From Magallana gigas (Eukaryota), in contig NC_088860.1 in assembly GCF_963853765.1 (NCBI RefSeq), positions 37,138,001 through 37,202,000 of the forward strand: a stretch of 64,000 bases of DNA, in the 5' to 3' direction. The position numbers and the translations under genes are program-made. This document shows positions 34,339-47,797 of the stretch, piece after piece; within the stretch, counting starts at the first letter, position 1; the number at the start of each line of letters is the position of its first letter. The notes under the pieces are model-generated. The model had not been told where the DNA came from and did not search any database. It was given only the letters and a program-made list of their open reading frames with translations.

Positions 34339-35830
34339 TCTCAAGAATGACTCGACTGTCATTCATTTGACAGCCTCCAATTATATTGAGTTTCTTCATT
34401 TCGAATTTCTTTTAATGCATCGTTTGTTTTTCGTAAAAGGACAATCACTGACCCAGAGATGGTTAATTGGCTAATGTGTTCGGTATATCTTTCTTTCCGA
34501 AGCGAAGCATCAATGCCATTAAGAAAAACAGAAAGAGCTAATCCATCAATCGTACCCACCTTGTAATACCGCAATATGTAGAGTACATGATCTGAACATG
34601 CAAAAGACTACTATTTTTCATTATCAGTGGGGATGAGCTGTAACGTGTGCAAGAAGACTGTGGAACTGCTAAAGATTTAAGATTATTCATAAAAATACAT
34701 TGCATAATTCTCAGCTTCAGAGATAACCGGAAGCGGGTCAAATCAACTATTTTGATTTATATTAATTATTTCTTGTTGATAACAATGTCTATATAACGTA
34801 TATATAGTGACTTTGTCAAGGTATTTTTTTTTAAAAATTGATTCATATCATAAAAACAAAGTCACGAGGATGCTTGAACACACGTAAACAATTAAAAGGA
34901 ATAAAAAAATTACCAAGAAATGTTATGACGCATATAATTGTGTGTTTAACCTTAAGTTTTAATAGATTTTTAGACAAAAATGAATTTGATAAAAATCACA
35001 AAACGTCATTTTGCATATTATTTACATAATCAAAAGGTTTTGTAATTAATTAAAATATACAGATATATATATATACACTTGAGCGTATTCCATCATAATC
35101 AAGAAACTTCTCAACCATTGCTAATTTTCTGTAGGAATACGTAACCATATCTATTTTACTCTTTTGACCGACTTTTCCTTACATGCACCCATCCTTTATT
35201 TATCATATTGTGGAGGCTTTGTTCCGATTAAAAGTAATCGTTTATATTTTGCACAGTGTCATTAAGTAAATAATCATCAATTAAAAATGCCATTAAGCTC
35301 TTTCATGGCCAACGAAACTTTAGATATAAATTTACTTTCATTTAGCACCGATCGTAATTCTACTCATCTATAAATCCATAATCTGGAAACTAAAACCAAA
35401 ATATTCTTGCATTTAATTTTCTTGCATGAGAAGTTTTCCTGCATATTTGTATATGATATATTCAAGCACGCGTTTACAGAGAGCAGTAAAAAGAAAATGA
35501 ATGGAAATCGGAGATATTTAACACGGTATTTGTTGCAAAAGAAAGAATACATGCAGTCCATTCTAGCATTTAAAAAAACAACAACACTGCATTGCTTTTT
35601 TCTCGACCGAAAAATAAAAACGCAATGAAAACAAAAGACTAGCAAGCAGATCACAGTGTAAATTAGTTGAGTGACACAACATTCCTAATTTCATTCATAC
35701 GTTGCACAATTAAATGTTTACGGACATGAATTTCACGTTTTTGAGGAATTCGTTTGAGTACTTTTTCCACGTGAACTTCGACTAAAAATGTCACGCAAAA
35801 TTCATATCTGAGACAAAGTTAACGTTCGGT

Positions 35831-35950
35831 ACATGTATATAAGTTACCTTAAAGTTTTCAAATTCAGAGAATTTAAAACTATCTATAACAATTTTTATAG
35901 ATAGTTTTAAATTCTCTGAATTTTAAAACTTTAATGTAACATATACATGT
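35831..35950. repeat. Near-perfect 120-bp hairpin (inverted repeat)
   Basis: ACATGTATATAAGTTACCTTAAAGTTTTCAAATTCAGAGAATTTAAAACTATCTATAA pairs with the downstream arm; loop about 6 nt. Confidence 0.85.
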
Positions 35951-38769
35951 GCATGCTAAATATTTGCATCACACATCGATTTTGCATCGGTTTATCGTCT
36001 AAAATGATCTTCATATCTTTCATTTGAATGACATACCGCATTCGTAAACCTTGATTAGATGTGAACATACGATACAAATATGAATATTAGATACAAAGTA
36101 ATTAAATAAAATTATTGGGAAAAAATCAAGTCAAAATTTTTCGAAATCAATTTCTTCCTAAATGATCTATAAGAGTTCTGAAATTTTATCACTCTACTCT
36201 TAAATTCCTTTTAAAATTGAAATTCTTTCTTAATTATTAATTATTTATTAATTTTGCATGGCTATCCATCTGTCCTCTCAATCACTCGACTTTTTCCCTC
36301 GCACACCGTATACAGCTTTCATTACCCGATACGTTTTGAATAATTTCATAAAAAGCCACGCCCATTCCATTCTAAAATGCTGTTTATTTCTGAAAGCTCA
36401 AAGAATTTAATGGTCCCTGACTGAAAGATAAGCAACAATCAATCTATTCACGCATCAGGAAACAGCCATTTTATTTATGCTGTTTTCTTGATGGTCAATG
36501 CTTGTATGAAACTTCACCACGTTGAATTGCATATATTATCTTGTATATATTAAATAGTTCTGACGTCGTCACTTTTTACGATGCCACCCACTTGTAAATA
36601 TGTACAACTAGACAGGCCTTGCTGGACTTCCGTTTTGTCCAGGCATTAATTATAAATGAACGAGAGACACTATATTCGATGATTATATATACGCTTGGTT
36701 TTGATCTTTTTGAATTACAATTCGACCCCCCCCCCCCAAAAAAAAAAAAAGAAAATAAATAATAATTTTTTAACAATGTGTTTTCTGCATTTATATAATT
36801 TAAAGTCTCCAACTAACTACAAATTTATAAGTCAGGGTACATGTGAACATGTATATTTATTCAATCCAAACGTACTTATCAATATTTATTATTCTTTTTT
36901 ATATAAATCTTTTCTGCTATCGTTTATGTATTAAAAAAGTCATTAAAAATACAAAAAGACTGAAATATCTCTCTGTAATGTGTTTCATTTGTAGTAAGTT
37001 CTGATTCGTCATTAATAAATGACATTATTTCGTCAATGACTGTTTAGTTGATTTTAAGGAGAAAATTCAACGGAACAGTTCATAGATGGAACGAAAAATG
37101 GCGACTGTTAATTGAACAGTCTTTATTGGTAATCTTTAAAATCAATGGATGACAAGAAACGTCTTTTCGTTGTTTGCATAAAGCGCACATCCTCGTGAAA
37201 TGCGATGGCGACTTCCTTGTAATATACAAGTAAAAATCTGCCGCGTAGATCATTGCGATCATCCATTACTGGTCCATATACCTGGCACTGCACACACAAA
37301 AAAACCATTGTACGTAGATAATGAAAGACAAAGCTGGATGATCAGTCAGAATCCATTAAACTTTCAATTTGTCACATTTTCCTTTGTTTTTCGCAATGTT
37401 TTCCTACAATGCACCGTTTGAGACAAATTACATTGCTTGTTTATTGGTATGCATTGGTTCGTGCAAACAACTCCTCATATGCCCAAATTTAAATTATAAG
37501 CGGGTTAGATAGGTACGGATGATATTAATCGGTCATTAAATTTGACAGGCGTGTGACCACCATTGAACATTATATTCATTGTTATAAGATCGACTAAAAT
37601 TGTCTTCGCCTTATGCAAAAGTGCATGTTTTCATCTAAGTCCGCGTCACTCTGTAGTCGTTTAATCTTTGCTCCTAAAGAATATTCATACCTTTTCTTCA
37701 TTCGTAGAAAAGTATCAATTATAACTATGATATTTCAATGTTTTCATCAACGTCTGTGATATAAATTAATCGATATTTTTTTAAAACAATTACAGTAGGG
37801 AAAAGCGAGTATATAAAATGATAAAAAAAAATTGAATAAGAAAACTGTCCATTGTTTAGATAACTTGTTTGTTACATCACTACTGGTCATAAATTGCAAA
37901 TAAATTCACGTCCTTATCTTTCGAATTATCTCATCAACTCAGCACTAGTAGATTGTCACAGTTTTATCAATTCGGAAATTGTACCCTCCATTATTTTTCA
38001 AATTTGTTATCTCCACGATGTGTTGATAACATTTTATTTAAGAATCTTTTATCTTTTATATCATATCATGGAAAATATAAGCAAAGACTTTATTTATAAA
38101 TAAAATCCAAAATATTTTAACTCCAAAAGTAGCCTGGTAATTTCCTTTTAATTTGTTGATATCAACAGGTTAAGTTACAAATAAACAAGAACTAATTATT
38201 TATGGAAATGTATCTAAAATTGAGAAACGTCCCATGTGTACTTAAGTTTAACTGACATGAATTCACAAAATGGTCTCCGTTCCTCGCATTTTGAATGAAA
38301 ACAAACTTTGTTTGAAACAGTTAATTTCTACCTTTTTTATATTTCGTTCAATTGTTTTTTACCAAACGATGTGCACGCCTGGCGCGCTTTCGAACGGACA
38401 AGTACGCTCCCTCAACGAGAACTTGCAATTTATGACTAAATGCGATTGAAATATATATACAATGCATCTACAAATATACACGTAGATAAACGTGCCCTTG
38501 AACAAGATAAATTATATGCATTTTAGATAGAGAAATGATAACTTAAAACCTGATGTGAAGTTTTTAATTATTTAATTATCCAACCATTTAATGTAATATG
38601 TATTTGAAAGTGTTTGAAACTAATGATGCAAATCGGACTAAACGTTCGGCATTTCTTTTGTCGAGGTAACAAAAAATCTGACTGAGAAAAAAAGAACGCA
38701 GAAAGGAGGGTCATTCATTTTCCGGAAAAAGTAAAAAAAAACCCAAAAACACAGAAAAGAACTATTTGC

Positions 38770-38832
38770 ACTTACGAAAAATTAGCATTTGTTTTATTTG
38801 TTTTTGTGAGGCCCGGGCAGATTGTTCACAAG
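38770..38832 (+). other. Gene B non-coding exon 1 (3' part)
   Basis: TACGAAAAATTAGCATTTGT..CCCGGG..GTTCACAAG|GTAAGA matches gene C exon 1 (minus strand, donor 52431/52430). Confidence 0.75.
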
Positions 38833-38855
38833 GTAAGAAAAGAAGAGTTTATATT

Positions 38856-38935
38856 AGGGATGGCAATTGCTAACCGCTTTGCCGGTTGTTCGTTTGGAAC
38901 GATGGTAACCGGTTACAAAAGAACCGTTAGGTGTA
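38856..38935. mobile_element. hAT-like terminal fragment in gene B intron 1
   Basis: TAGGGATGG start followed by AACCG/CGGTT subterminal motifs. No matching other end found. Confidence 0.4.
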
Positions 38936-39759
38936 AAAATATTTAAAAAAATTTCAAACACAATTTCTTTATAATTTTGATTTTGTAATGATTGGTTTGT
39001 TGATATTATATCTGATAAAAAGTGAAGATCATAGAGAGTAGTTGGTATGTAGTACTAAAGGACTGCTGTAATACAAAAATGTCACTGCATAGTCTGTTAA
39101 CCATGTCTTTAATCATTAATAAATGGTCATTCGTTCATTGTTGAGTAGCATTACAAAACGTGATACATGTTTCAATATCTTTCTCAATGGCAAACTTGAA
39201 TCGGCCTTTGTATAACACATTTTGGTTTTGAATTCATCTCTAAGCAGAAAGTCAACTTGCTATTCAAAAATGCGGAATTAGATAATGTGATCGCGGTCAT
39301 TTTTAAAATTGTTTATGTCTGTTTCACTTTGTCCTTTTTGATTTGATTTTTGTATGAATTATTATCATGATAATATGATTCATTTAATATTCTTATTTAC
39401 AAATATACATGATGTTTTACAGGCTTTTGTGAAGTCGTTTTAACACTTATGATAGGTCTCAAATCTGTTTATGTGGATACAATTTATATAGTATTTAAAG
39501 TTTCACTGCGCAGGTTAATTGACTATCCGTAATTTCATTGGCCAGAATTATCCAATGGTATTCAAGTTCATTGTGTATAAGTTACCAATAATTCTAAATA
39601 AAGTTAGAGCAGTGTTCCTTTTCCAGAAGATTGTGGCATTTTACGGTACGTAAATTCCATATTTTACTTATGTTTCATATATCGTAGATTCCAAATTCAA
39701 CATGAAGAGGTATTTGGGTAGAGTCGCGAGACCTCCCGTTGATAATTTCAAATATTAGT

Positions 39760-40390
39760 TTTTATTAGTCCCCTACCGGTTTTCACCGGAGGGGACTATA
39801 GCTTTCCTCTGCGTCCGTCAGTCCGTCCGTCTGTCTGTCCCACTTCCGTTTTCCACGCTTTTTTTCTTTAATAATATGAAATTTGTCGAACAGCTTCAGA
39901 ATGTCAAACTACAGAGAAGTTTACACTTTTGTAGCGTCTGGTTGACATATTTTCGAGAAAATTAATTTTTTTATATTCCAATTTTTTAATGTTCGGGTTC
40001 AATAGTCTGCATATCAGTGCATTGTTCAAACCGGTGGGTGACGTGTATTGCTTATGCAATACTCTCAGAATGCTTGTTTTTCTGAAAGTTGTAATCAAAC
40101 TTAATAAAAATATACCAACTGCAGATTTGCTGAATCAAACACTAGCGTAAGACATGAAATTTACAGTATCAGTTTCAATTTTTTGTCTCTGGTTTTAAGT
40201 CGCCCTGTACCATTAAACCGGAGGAGACCTAATTGAGTCTAACTCGCCGCCTCACCCTCCGTCTGTCTGACCTTCATTCTGTCCCAACTTTTTTCGAACC
40301 CAATTTTGAAAATGGTTTGGTAAACTGATTTGAAACTTGTTGTGTAGTTTCATAATGATAAACTTCAGAACAACTTGGACTTTCCCTACT
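39760..40390. mobile_element. Two HINE/Helentron-like terminal fragments
   Basis: TTTT-hairpin (AGTCCCCT..AGGGGACT at 39768; second, weaker one at about 40195), each followed by a (GTCC/GTCT)n microsatellite. This is the reverse of the 53245-54838 end structure. Confidence 0.5.
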
Positions 40391-41002
40391 TTTTATTAAC
40401 AGGTTGTAGGTAAATATTTTTTTACGTGTAACTCGTACTTACAAATAGGTGAGTGCTACGCTTGATCATCATTCCAATAAAATCACGGCGTAAAACGGAG
40501 AGAATACTGTAATTAATCACTGAGGCTCATGCGCGGATCAAGAGGGGGTCATTTATCAAATTCCAATAAAAAAAAACCTTTTGCAAATTGCCCCCTCCCT
40601 AGGCAAACAAAATGTTCCCATGCCAACCCCCACCCCCACGGAATATTTTTTTTAGATCTGCGAATGCATGTTTACCATTCCGTCCAACACAGAACAACAT
40701 AATCTCATGTGTTAAGTTATTCAAACTCGAAATGTCTTTCGTATATATATGATCGTGTTGGTGCTACACTCAGTCAGTATACTAGTATTCCAATTAAAGT
40801 CGAGGTGGGAAATCCGGTAAAACATTTCATCAGAAAAAAAGCTTTAGTAGCCACCTCACTTTTGTAACCCTCTGCATACTTTTTCAGGAAACATTTTTTC
40901 ACAAAATTTTTCAACACTGTTATAGATAATCTTATCATTTTATTATAGATCCGTATTACATAACAAAAACATATTCTATTTTTGTTTCCAGAGTCTAGCA
41001 CT

Positions 41003-42244
41003 ATGCGGGGACTCGTTTTTGCACTTTTAGCGGCGGCCTTCGTGGCTTCAGTTCAAGGCCATCGCTACAGAGGCCCAAGATTCATCAATCTAGGAATCAC
41101 GGGAATCCTTCCCCCAGTTTACGCGGGATACAACAGGGGAACCCTCAGCCGCTTCGGCAGCATTTCCGGATCCTCCCTGAGCCGTACTTTTGGTTCTACC
41201 TTCCTGGCCGGTGGTGTTACCGGAGGACAAAGCATCGGGTTGAGCTCGGTGTATCCCTACACCAGGAGAAGCACTACAATTAGAACAGTAGCGCCATTCT
41301 CTGGTGGATTCCAATCCTACAATGAATTTGGTGGTCTTCCTTCTGTACCTAGTGATGGACCCTATGATCTTGATGGACCTTTGTCTGGGTTTGGACCTCG
41401 TGGGAGTGACCTAGGACCTTTAGGAAGTGGTGGGCCATTATCTGGGGATATTGGTGTAGGACCTCTAGATGGTTTTGGACCAAATAACGACTTTGGACCT
41501 GAAGTTGGCCTTGGGCCTTATGATGGCATAGGGCCGTATGATGGCATAGGGCCTTATGATGGCGCAGGACCTGAAGTTGGCCCCGGGCCTTATGATTATT
41601 TGGGACCTCGTAATGGTTTAGAACCTCTTGGCGGTGACGGACCTTTTGGTGGTGACGGGCCTTTTGGTGGTGACGGACCTCTTGGCGGTGACGGACCTCT
41701 GAGCGGTGACTTATCAGGAGACGGTTTACTTACCGGAAGACTTGGTGATCTCGGGCCTTTAGGTGGTGAGAGGATTTCAGGTGGTTACTACGGGCCATTA
41801 GGATATGACTATGAAGCCAGCCTTGGACGTAGCGGTGCAGGCTCAGCTTATGAATCTTACCGTGGATTGGACGGTTCAGGATATCCTAATCCATACACTG
41901 GTTTAGACGGACGCTTCGATCTTGGCGATCGATTCTCGTCATCTGGTGATTATGACTATTTATACAACTATCGTCCTGGGGTTTCCGGTTTTGGCGGCGA
42001 CTTTTCCGTTTCCGGTGGCACTTCTAGGACTGGGGTATCCGGTTTTGAAGGCGACTTTCTCGGTTCCGGTGGAGGCCCTGGGTTGGACTTCAACCTTCAA
42101 GGTGGAGATGGACTAGGTTTCAACACTCAGTTTAGTGCATTGGAAGGACAAGGGTCTATAGGCCGCGGAACCGGAAGTGCCGGACTAGCAGAATCACTGG
42201 GCTCTCCAGGTGGACGCTACCTAGAATTCAATAATAATGCATAA
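41003..42244 (+). CDS. Secreted Gly/Pro/Asp-rich silk-like protein (gene B), 413 aa
   Basis: Acceptor TTCCAG at 40991, ATG at 41003, signal peptide MRGLVFALLAAAFVASVQG, GPYDG and GGDGP(F/L) repeats. Close paralog of gene C. Confidence 0.88.
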   Translation: MRGLVFALLAAAFVASVQGHRYRGPRFINLGITGILPPVYAGYNRGTLSRFGSISGSSLSRTFGSTFLAGGVTGGQSIGLSSVYPYTRRSTTIRTVAPFSGGFQSYNEFGGLPSVPSDGPYDLDGPLSGFGPRGSDLGPLGSGGPLSGDIGVGPLDGFGPNNDFGPEVGLGPYDGIGPYDGIGPYDGAGPEVGPGPYDYLGPRNGLEPLGGDGPFGGDGPFGGDGPLGGDGPLSGDLSGDGLLTGRLGDLGPLGGERISGGYYGPLGYDYEASLGRSGAGSAYESYRGLDGSGYPNPYTGLDGRFDLGDRFSSSGDYDYLYNYRPGVSGFGGDFSVSGGTSRTGVSGFEGDFLGSGGGPGLDFNLQGGDGLGFNTQFSALEGQGSIGRGTGSAGLAESLGSPGGRYLEFNNNA

Positions 42245-42485
42245 GGTAACTATTTAAAGAAACATCTATCTTTTTATGATTGTGCTTTTTTCCCCCTATT
42301 TCTCATTTCAGTGCTATTTGCTTTTTTGTATGATAAAAACATAGATAACGGCTAGAATTCCTAATTAAAAATAATTTTAAATTAACTGAATTCTCTCAAA
42401 ATCAGTGATCGCAAAAAAGATTCATCATACAAATGAATAACTAAAAAATGAAGAAAAAAATAATGACAATGAAATTTTGTTTTAA

Positions 42486-43173
42486 GGAGGCCGACTTTAG
42501 TTTTCTTGTTTCACTGTTTTTGCGCTTTCTATTATAATACAGTGTATTAAAATTTTATACTTCTTATGAATTTTTTTCTAAATCATTCATAAAATTGAAC
42601 ACAATAAACAAAATACAGATAAATATATTTAGTTTTTTAAGGAAAATTTTATTTTTAAACGATTTTCCGTTGTACGGTATAGGGGAGCATTGACATTGTG
42701 GTTTTATGATGTTATGATAAAATGAAGCTTTGTATGTGTACGCGTTATAAGAATTAACATAAAAGAAAAAGTCAAAATCATAGCAGTTGAAAATTTATTC
42801 ACAGAATAATGCTATTTACTTAATTTTTCTTATCTTTTGAATGAATCCATTATATCAATCTTCACCCGTAATGCTCCAAATATATAGCAAAATTTAGTGC
42901 ATTTTAATATTTTGAGATGGCCCTTAATAAAAGCCGGACGGAAGAATTTAGTGTTTTTACATAAAAGTTAAAAAATGATATTACTAATAATATATAACAA
43001 TTTGAGAAAACAAATCGTAGTAGGGTTTTTTAAATCTGCTTCTAAGTGTGGAAAATGACAGTTTCCTTTATATTCCTATAGTAAATGTACCTTTAATTTG
43101 ATACGACCCTTGAAAAGAAATGATAAATGGTTTAAAAAAAAAGAGTTTTGCTATAAAAACCAAATCGGCCTCC
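42486..43173. mobile_element. Kolobok-like non-autonomous element in the gene B 3'UTR intron
   Basis: TTAA|GGAGGCCGACTT ... AAATCGGCCTCC|TAAA termini. Confidence 0.6.
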
Positions 43174-43444
43174 TAAAAGAAACCTAATTAAATATTTCCC
43201 TTTTTCTATATTAATCATTTCTCCTTCCACAGCAAAAGTGGAAACAAATTAATTTGGTGAATTAAAACATAATTATACCATATATACTTATAATTACGAA
43301 AGAAAAATCAAACACAGAAATACACTGGAATTTTTCATTGTTTTGATGATATATTTAGATTATTAAGGGACACCTTGGCCTCCATGTTGTGACGCACTTC
43401 CTATCGAAATACACAATAAAATGAAATTTTAATTCCCAAAATGT

Positions 43445-43515
43445 GACCTAATAGTTTATCGCAATTGGTTATTAAGCGTTAACAACGACTTTGTAAGTCA
43501 TGTGTTCGAACCCCA
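43445..43515 (+). repeat. Degenerate tRNA-derived (SINE-head-like) segment
   Basis: A-box-like TAG..GCAATTGG and B-box GTTCGAACC, but no intact cloverleaf. Confidence 0.35.
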
Positions 43516-43701
43516 TGTGTTGGAACTTTTTTTTATTTTTACCTCAGACTTCAAAATTTTTACAACTCAATTTTGATGAAATGTTGTAAAATTTAGAAAT
43601 TCAAACCAGTGAAGGTTTTGTAAATCCTATTTTGATCATAATGTACGTTTATCCACATTAATAAAAGAATTAAAGAAACTTGTTTTTATTTTATCTTTCA
43701 G

Positions 43702-43827
43702 GCTTTCGAGCCCGACTTCTGGAAAAAGGAAGCACTTGATGTAAAAATCTGGTCTCTCTAAAACATTTATTGTACATGTATATCATATTCATCTTTTTGT
43801 CAGACGCCCGGGGACTTTCACATTAAA
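43702..43827 (+). other. Gene B non-coding last exon with AGACGCCCG motif and ATTAAA
   Basis: Donor TAAG|GTAACT 1 nt after the stop (42245/42246). Acceptor ATCTTTCAG|GCT at 43701/43702. Motif 43802-43810, ATTAAA 43822-43827. Homologous to the gene C last exon. Confidence 0.75.
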
Positions 43828-44649
43828 AAATGTAGCACAATCTTATGTTTGTTTTTCGCTTTTCGAACTTTTTTCTTACTGTCTTAAACATGTCCTAATA
43901 ATGTTGGAATTATTGAACTAGTGACAGAAGAAAATCCTCAGCTTTGCAAAGGACAGTTATAACAACCACAGACAAAAAGCGTCGAGAAAATATGGCAACA
44001 AATCTGAATATTACGCAGAAAGATGCTGTTTACCATGGTGATTTCAAAACACCCAATATCGTTTAGGATAATAATAACCATTCGATGGTCGTGACAATTA
44101 TTAGACTGTATTGATCTTCTTTTGAAGAAGAGCTCCATATAAAAATATAGGAAAATGACCGTTAACTTGTGAAATATGTGAATTTTTATATTTTATAGCT
44201 TAACAATTCAGATCTTAAAAATTGTAGGAAGATCTGATTGGTGATTTGTTAATCGTCCAGGGGGTCATTTTTACGACTGAACTGATGTCATATCAAGATT
44301 AGTCCAAGGACTAATCAATTTTCAGTACCATATGACAAAACATGATTGAAGGTTGAACTAGCAAATCAGGATCGACCTATAAATTATCCATCTTTTATAG
44401 CTGTTTACGGTCAATGTAGTTTTCTCACCTAAACCTTCTATAGACATCATATCATGTTGAATATTTTTAGTTAGATATATATATATCTATAGTAGACTAT
44501 ATATGTATAGTATTATTTTTAAAAATCAAAATTATCGACTGTAAAGAAGTTGATCCAGTTTTCTGACCTAAACCAAGCTTATAGACATCATGTCTAATAT
44601 TTTTAGTTAGATAAATATAGAACTGGTACACTGATACACTATAACGGAA

Positions 44650-44790
44650 CAGTGGCGTCGGAAGCAAATTGAAAGTGGGGGGCTAGACTTGACCAAAAAA
44701 AAAAGGATTAGGTTATGGTTATGTGTTACTTTGCAAGAAATGTAGGGGAAAGCTAAGCCCCCCTCCCCCAGCCCCTCTGGTTCCGACACA
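44650..44790. mobile_element. G-tract MITE-like repeat, copy 2
   Basis: CAGTGGCGTCGGAAGC ... GGTTCCGAC termini. Confidence 0.6.
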
Positions 44791-45235
44791 TATGCGGATA
44801 ACCATTGAATAAGAATTTAGGATTCTATCAGGCGAGCACGTAATCTATTCTTTTCGGTGAGTATTTTTTGTCAGTTCATAAATACATGCATGTATGTAGA
44901 AAATGTGTTTTTGAGGTTTTTTGTCACTACATGTACATTTGTATTTTTGGTAGTTATGTTAATGATATGTTCAGTACAAAGGTGTGTTTGGTGAAGATTC
45001 GTGAGGCGAAGACTTATTACGGAAGGCCACGTGGGCATACGGAATCACTGGTCAGGAATAGGTAGTGCTTGAAGGGGATTAGTCGCCATCGATGATTTCA
45101 TTGACCGGAAGGGGAATATCATCGAGTCCGGGGACTACGGTCCGGATACATCCTAAACGGAGAACCTTAAGGCAGTGTGATGAGACCTGGGAAAACGAGG
45201 AAGGTGGTTGTAGAGAAACAGCACGTGGGCGAATA

Positions 45236-45397
45236 TACTGTAAATTCCTAATTAAACGCGAGGAATAAATATCCGCGCAAAATCGCGAGAAGCACGTCAC
45301 GCGAATCTTAAAATATCGCTTTTAATTTTCAAACATATGTAAACTACATGAAAGTATGATAAAATTTCGGCATTCGCGATTTTATGTTCTCGCGATA
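45236..45397. mobile_element. Truncated inverted copy of the 19934-20154 MITE
   Basis: TACTGTAAATTCCTAATTAAACGCGAGGAA..AAAATCGCGAGAAGC..AAACATATGTAAACTACATGAAA matches the reverse complement of copy 1. Confidence 0.8.
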
Positions 45398-45935
45398 ATT
45401 TGGGACTATAATTTTGGTTTTTGATAACATTTTCAGAGTTGATTTTTTTTACAGATGTCTCTTTATTATGCAATATAAATACGACATACAAATGTCCTTT
45501 TTTGGTGTTACCTGGGTAAATTAGTCTTTTCAAAAAAACCGCAAAGGTGCTTCCGCTTATAAAAACATTGGCCTGACACGCTAATGGAACTCCATTGTAT
45601 ATATGTAATTGATTTACTTTGAGCTGTTACTGACCAATGTTTAATCACATCGATGCCCAAGTGATTATGTAATAATATTTAGTTCCTTTTGTTAGTTTGT
45701 CTTTTTTTTGTTAAGAAGGCCGCAAGGCCTGAGGTCAAGCACAGGTGTACCTATTATCTCAATTATCGTGACTATCTTTTTAAGGTCATGTGATTGCTCA
45801 TTTTAAATAATCTTCTTTATTAGGAAATTTTTTACAACTTTGTTTCGGTAAATCAACCAATCCTAAATTCTGATTGGCTAAAATCCTGGAATCCAAAGAC
45901 GCAGGTTTGTCGGTGGAAATGCGCCCAAGCTTGGT

Positions 45936-46981
45936 CACTTCCATCGACGCCATCCTAAATAAAACATCTGATAACAATTATTATACTTATATCTCCTTTC
46001 TTTGGATTTCCAGGTCTGTAAATTTAAGTTTTCATTTATTTGCAATTAGATATAAAGTCACCTTGATAAAGGATAGTGTATTTTTTATTTTGTACATAAT
46101 CCTGTTTTTATTATCTTCTAAATTTGAGCTTTTAGTAAAGTCTTTAAAAGTTAAATTAAAGTCATCATCTATTAGGTAACGTGCAACATGACCTCATTTA
46201 GTGTACAGTACTTTATAGATTATAGATTGTATGTTTTAATATTTTTGTTGTATATCATATTTAGCTACAGTCTCCAGTCATATTTTTATATCACATTTAT
46301 TTTTATGCATATCATAAGAAAAGTAGATTTTGAATTTGGCGCTTTTATTTATTCCCGCGCTCTTTTATGAAAAGAGGTAAAAAGGTTGTTTGTTTATAAT
46401 ACATGTCTAACGGGATCATAAGTGTTAGGATGTTCGCATTAAAATTGTAAGTTAAACACTTTATTGATTGCGTCAAAAAATTGTTAAATCCCTTATTTCA
46501 GAGTAAGATTTATTAACCTCTTCGAGCTAAACGAGTAAATATTAAAGGAAAGTGGTTAGATAGCGAGATGTTTGTAGTTCGAATTGTCTCTATTGAGTTA
46601 TTGAATAGGCACTGTGAGACTGTCAGCTATTATATAACTTTTTAGTTTAGTTGAGTTAGTTCATAGTTTGTGTGATAAAAAGTAACAATTAGACGGGTTG
46701 CCGTTTTATGAATTTAAGATGATTTTCACTTATTATAGTTCACTATGATCATGTAATTTTAATTAATATGCAGAGGGATTTTTGATAATTATTGTTTTAC
46801 CCTCTGTACAGTCACCAGATTTTATTAAATATCATTATACGTAAATTTATTACATTGAATACTATTTTGTAACTGGTGACTGTGTGTTTATAAAGATATT
46901 TTACACTTCCATCGACGCCATCCTAAATAAAACATCTGATAACAATTATTATACTTATATCTCCTTTCTTTGGATTTCCAG
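45936..46981 (+). repeat. Perfect 78-bp direct repeat pair (45936-46013 and 46904-46981)
   Basis: CACTTCCATCGACGCCATCC...TTTGGATTTCCAG is identical in both copies. Confidence 0.9.
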
Positions 46982-47681
46982 CCACCGTAGAGGACGAGCC
47001 ATATTTGGAAAGCTCCCACGAGTAGAGCTGTTAATTGATCCAACAAGGATAATATCCCTCAAAGCGAGTTATTTCCCCTTTTATAACGAAAATAATAATA
47101 ACACGGGAAAACACCCAAAGTAACAACGTGTTAGTATGTATCACCGGTTTTGTTATTTTCTTACTTTATTTTTATAATGAATATGCTCAGTTTTTACAAG
47201 GTAATATTTTTTCATCAAAGCCACACAAAATCCCATCCAAATGAATGCCTTATATATGGTGGAAGTGGTGGGTTTTGCAAGAAAATGCTGGTTACAATGT
47301 ATGTTGTGTATTAAAATAATTTTTTGTTGATTTTAAGAGGAAAAAAATAATGAATCGTTTCTTGTTGCAAGGTTTATCTCAGCTTGATATCACACACCTA
47401 AGAAGTACTTTATCCTGGTAGGTCAGTTGTCTTGCCTAGAATTTTATGATGTCATCACTTGGTTGGATTCAGAAGGTAGAAGAGGAGGGTATGATTGTGT
47501 CTACATGTAATGTATTATGGAAGGCTGGAAGCCTGCTAGCGATGCAGTTGAGTTAGACAAACGAAAAGTTAGACAAGAGAATGAAAATGAGGAGATGTTC
47601 TGGAATGCAGAAGTGAGAGAAGCTTCTTTATGAAATTAAGATCTTGATGAAAATGGGTAAAGGTAAATATGAGAAAAATTT

Positions 47682-47684
<3 letters not shown>

Positions 47685-47746
<62 letters not shown>
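47685..47746. repeat. (GA)n microsatellite
   Basis: Long GA run. Confidence 0.95.
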
Positions 47747-47750
<4 letters not shown>

Positions 47751-47797
47751 CATATGGTAAGTTTTTGTTGCCAAAATATGTTGAAGAATATAAGACA

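Noticed and set aside
34359-34741. Two overlapping minus-strand ORFs that look like a frameshifted coding relic upstream of gene A
   Set aside because: No recognisable domain or splice structure. A tBLASTx search would be needed to call a pseudogene.
37080-37421. Coding-like minus-strand stretch (YGPVMDDRNDLRGRFLLVYYKEVAIAFHED...)
   Set aside because: Isolated and unassignable; may be a TE or gene fragment, but it cannot be supported without a search.
41090-41314. Near-identical 74-aa antisense ORFs (MESTREW...) in B and in C (51746-51970)
   Set aside because: Their similarity follows from the near-identity of the sense strands; no independent evidence of coding.
43445-43515. Possible tRNA gene (also a B-box-like stretch near 7845)
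   Set aside because: Acceptor and anticodon stems do not close; at best SINE-derived.
44985-45235. GC-richer segment with short ORFs in several frames
   Set aside because: No frame gives a recognisable protein; probably a TE fragment interrupted by the 45236 MITE.
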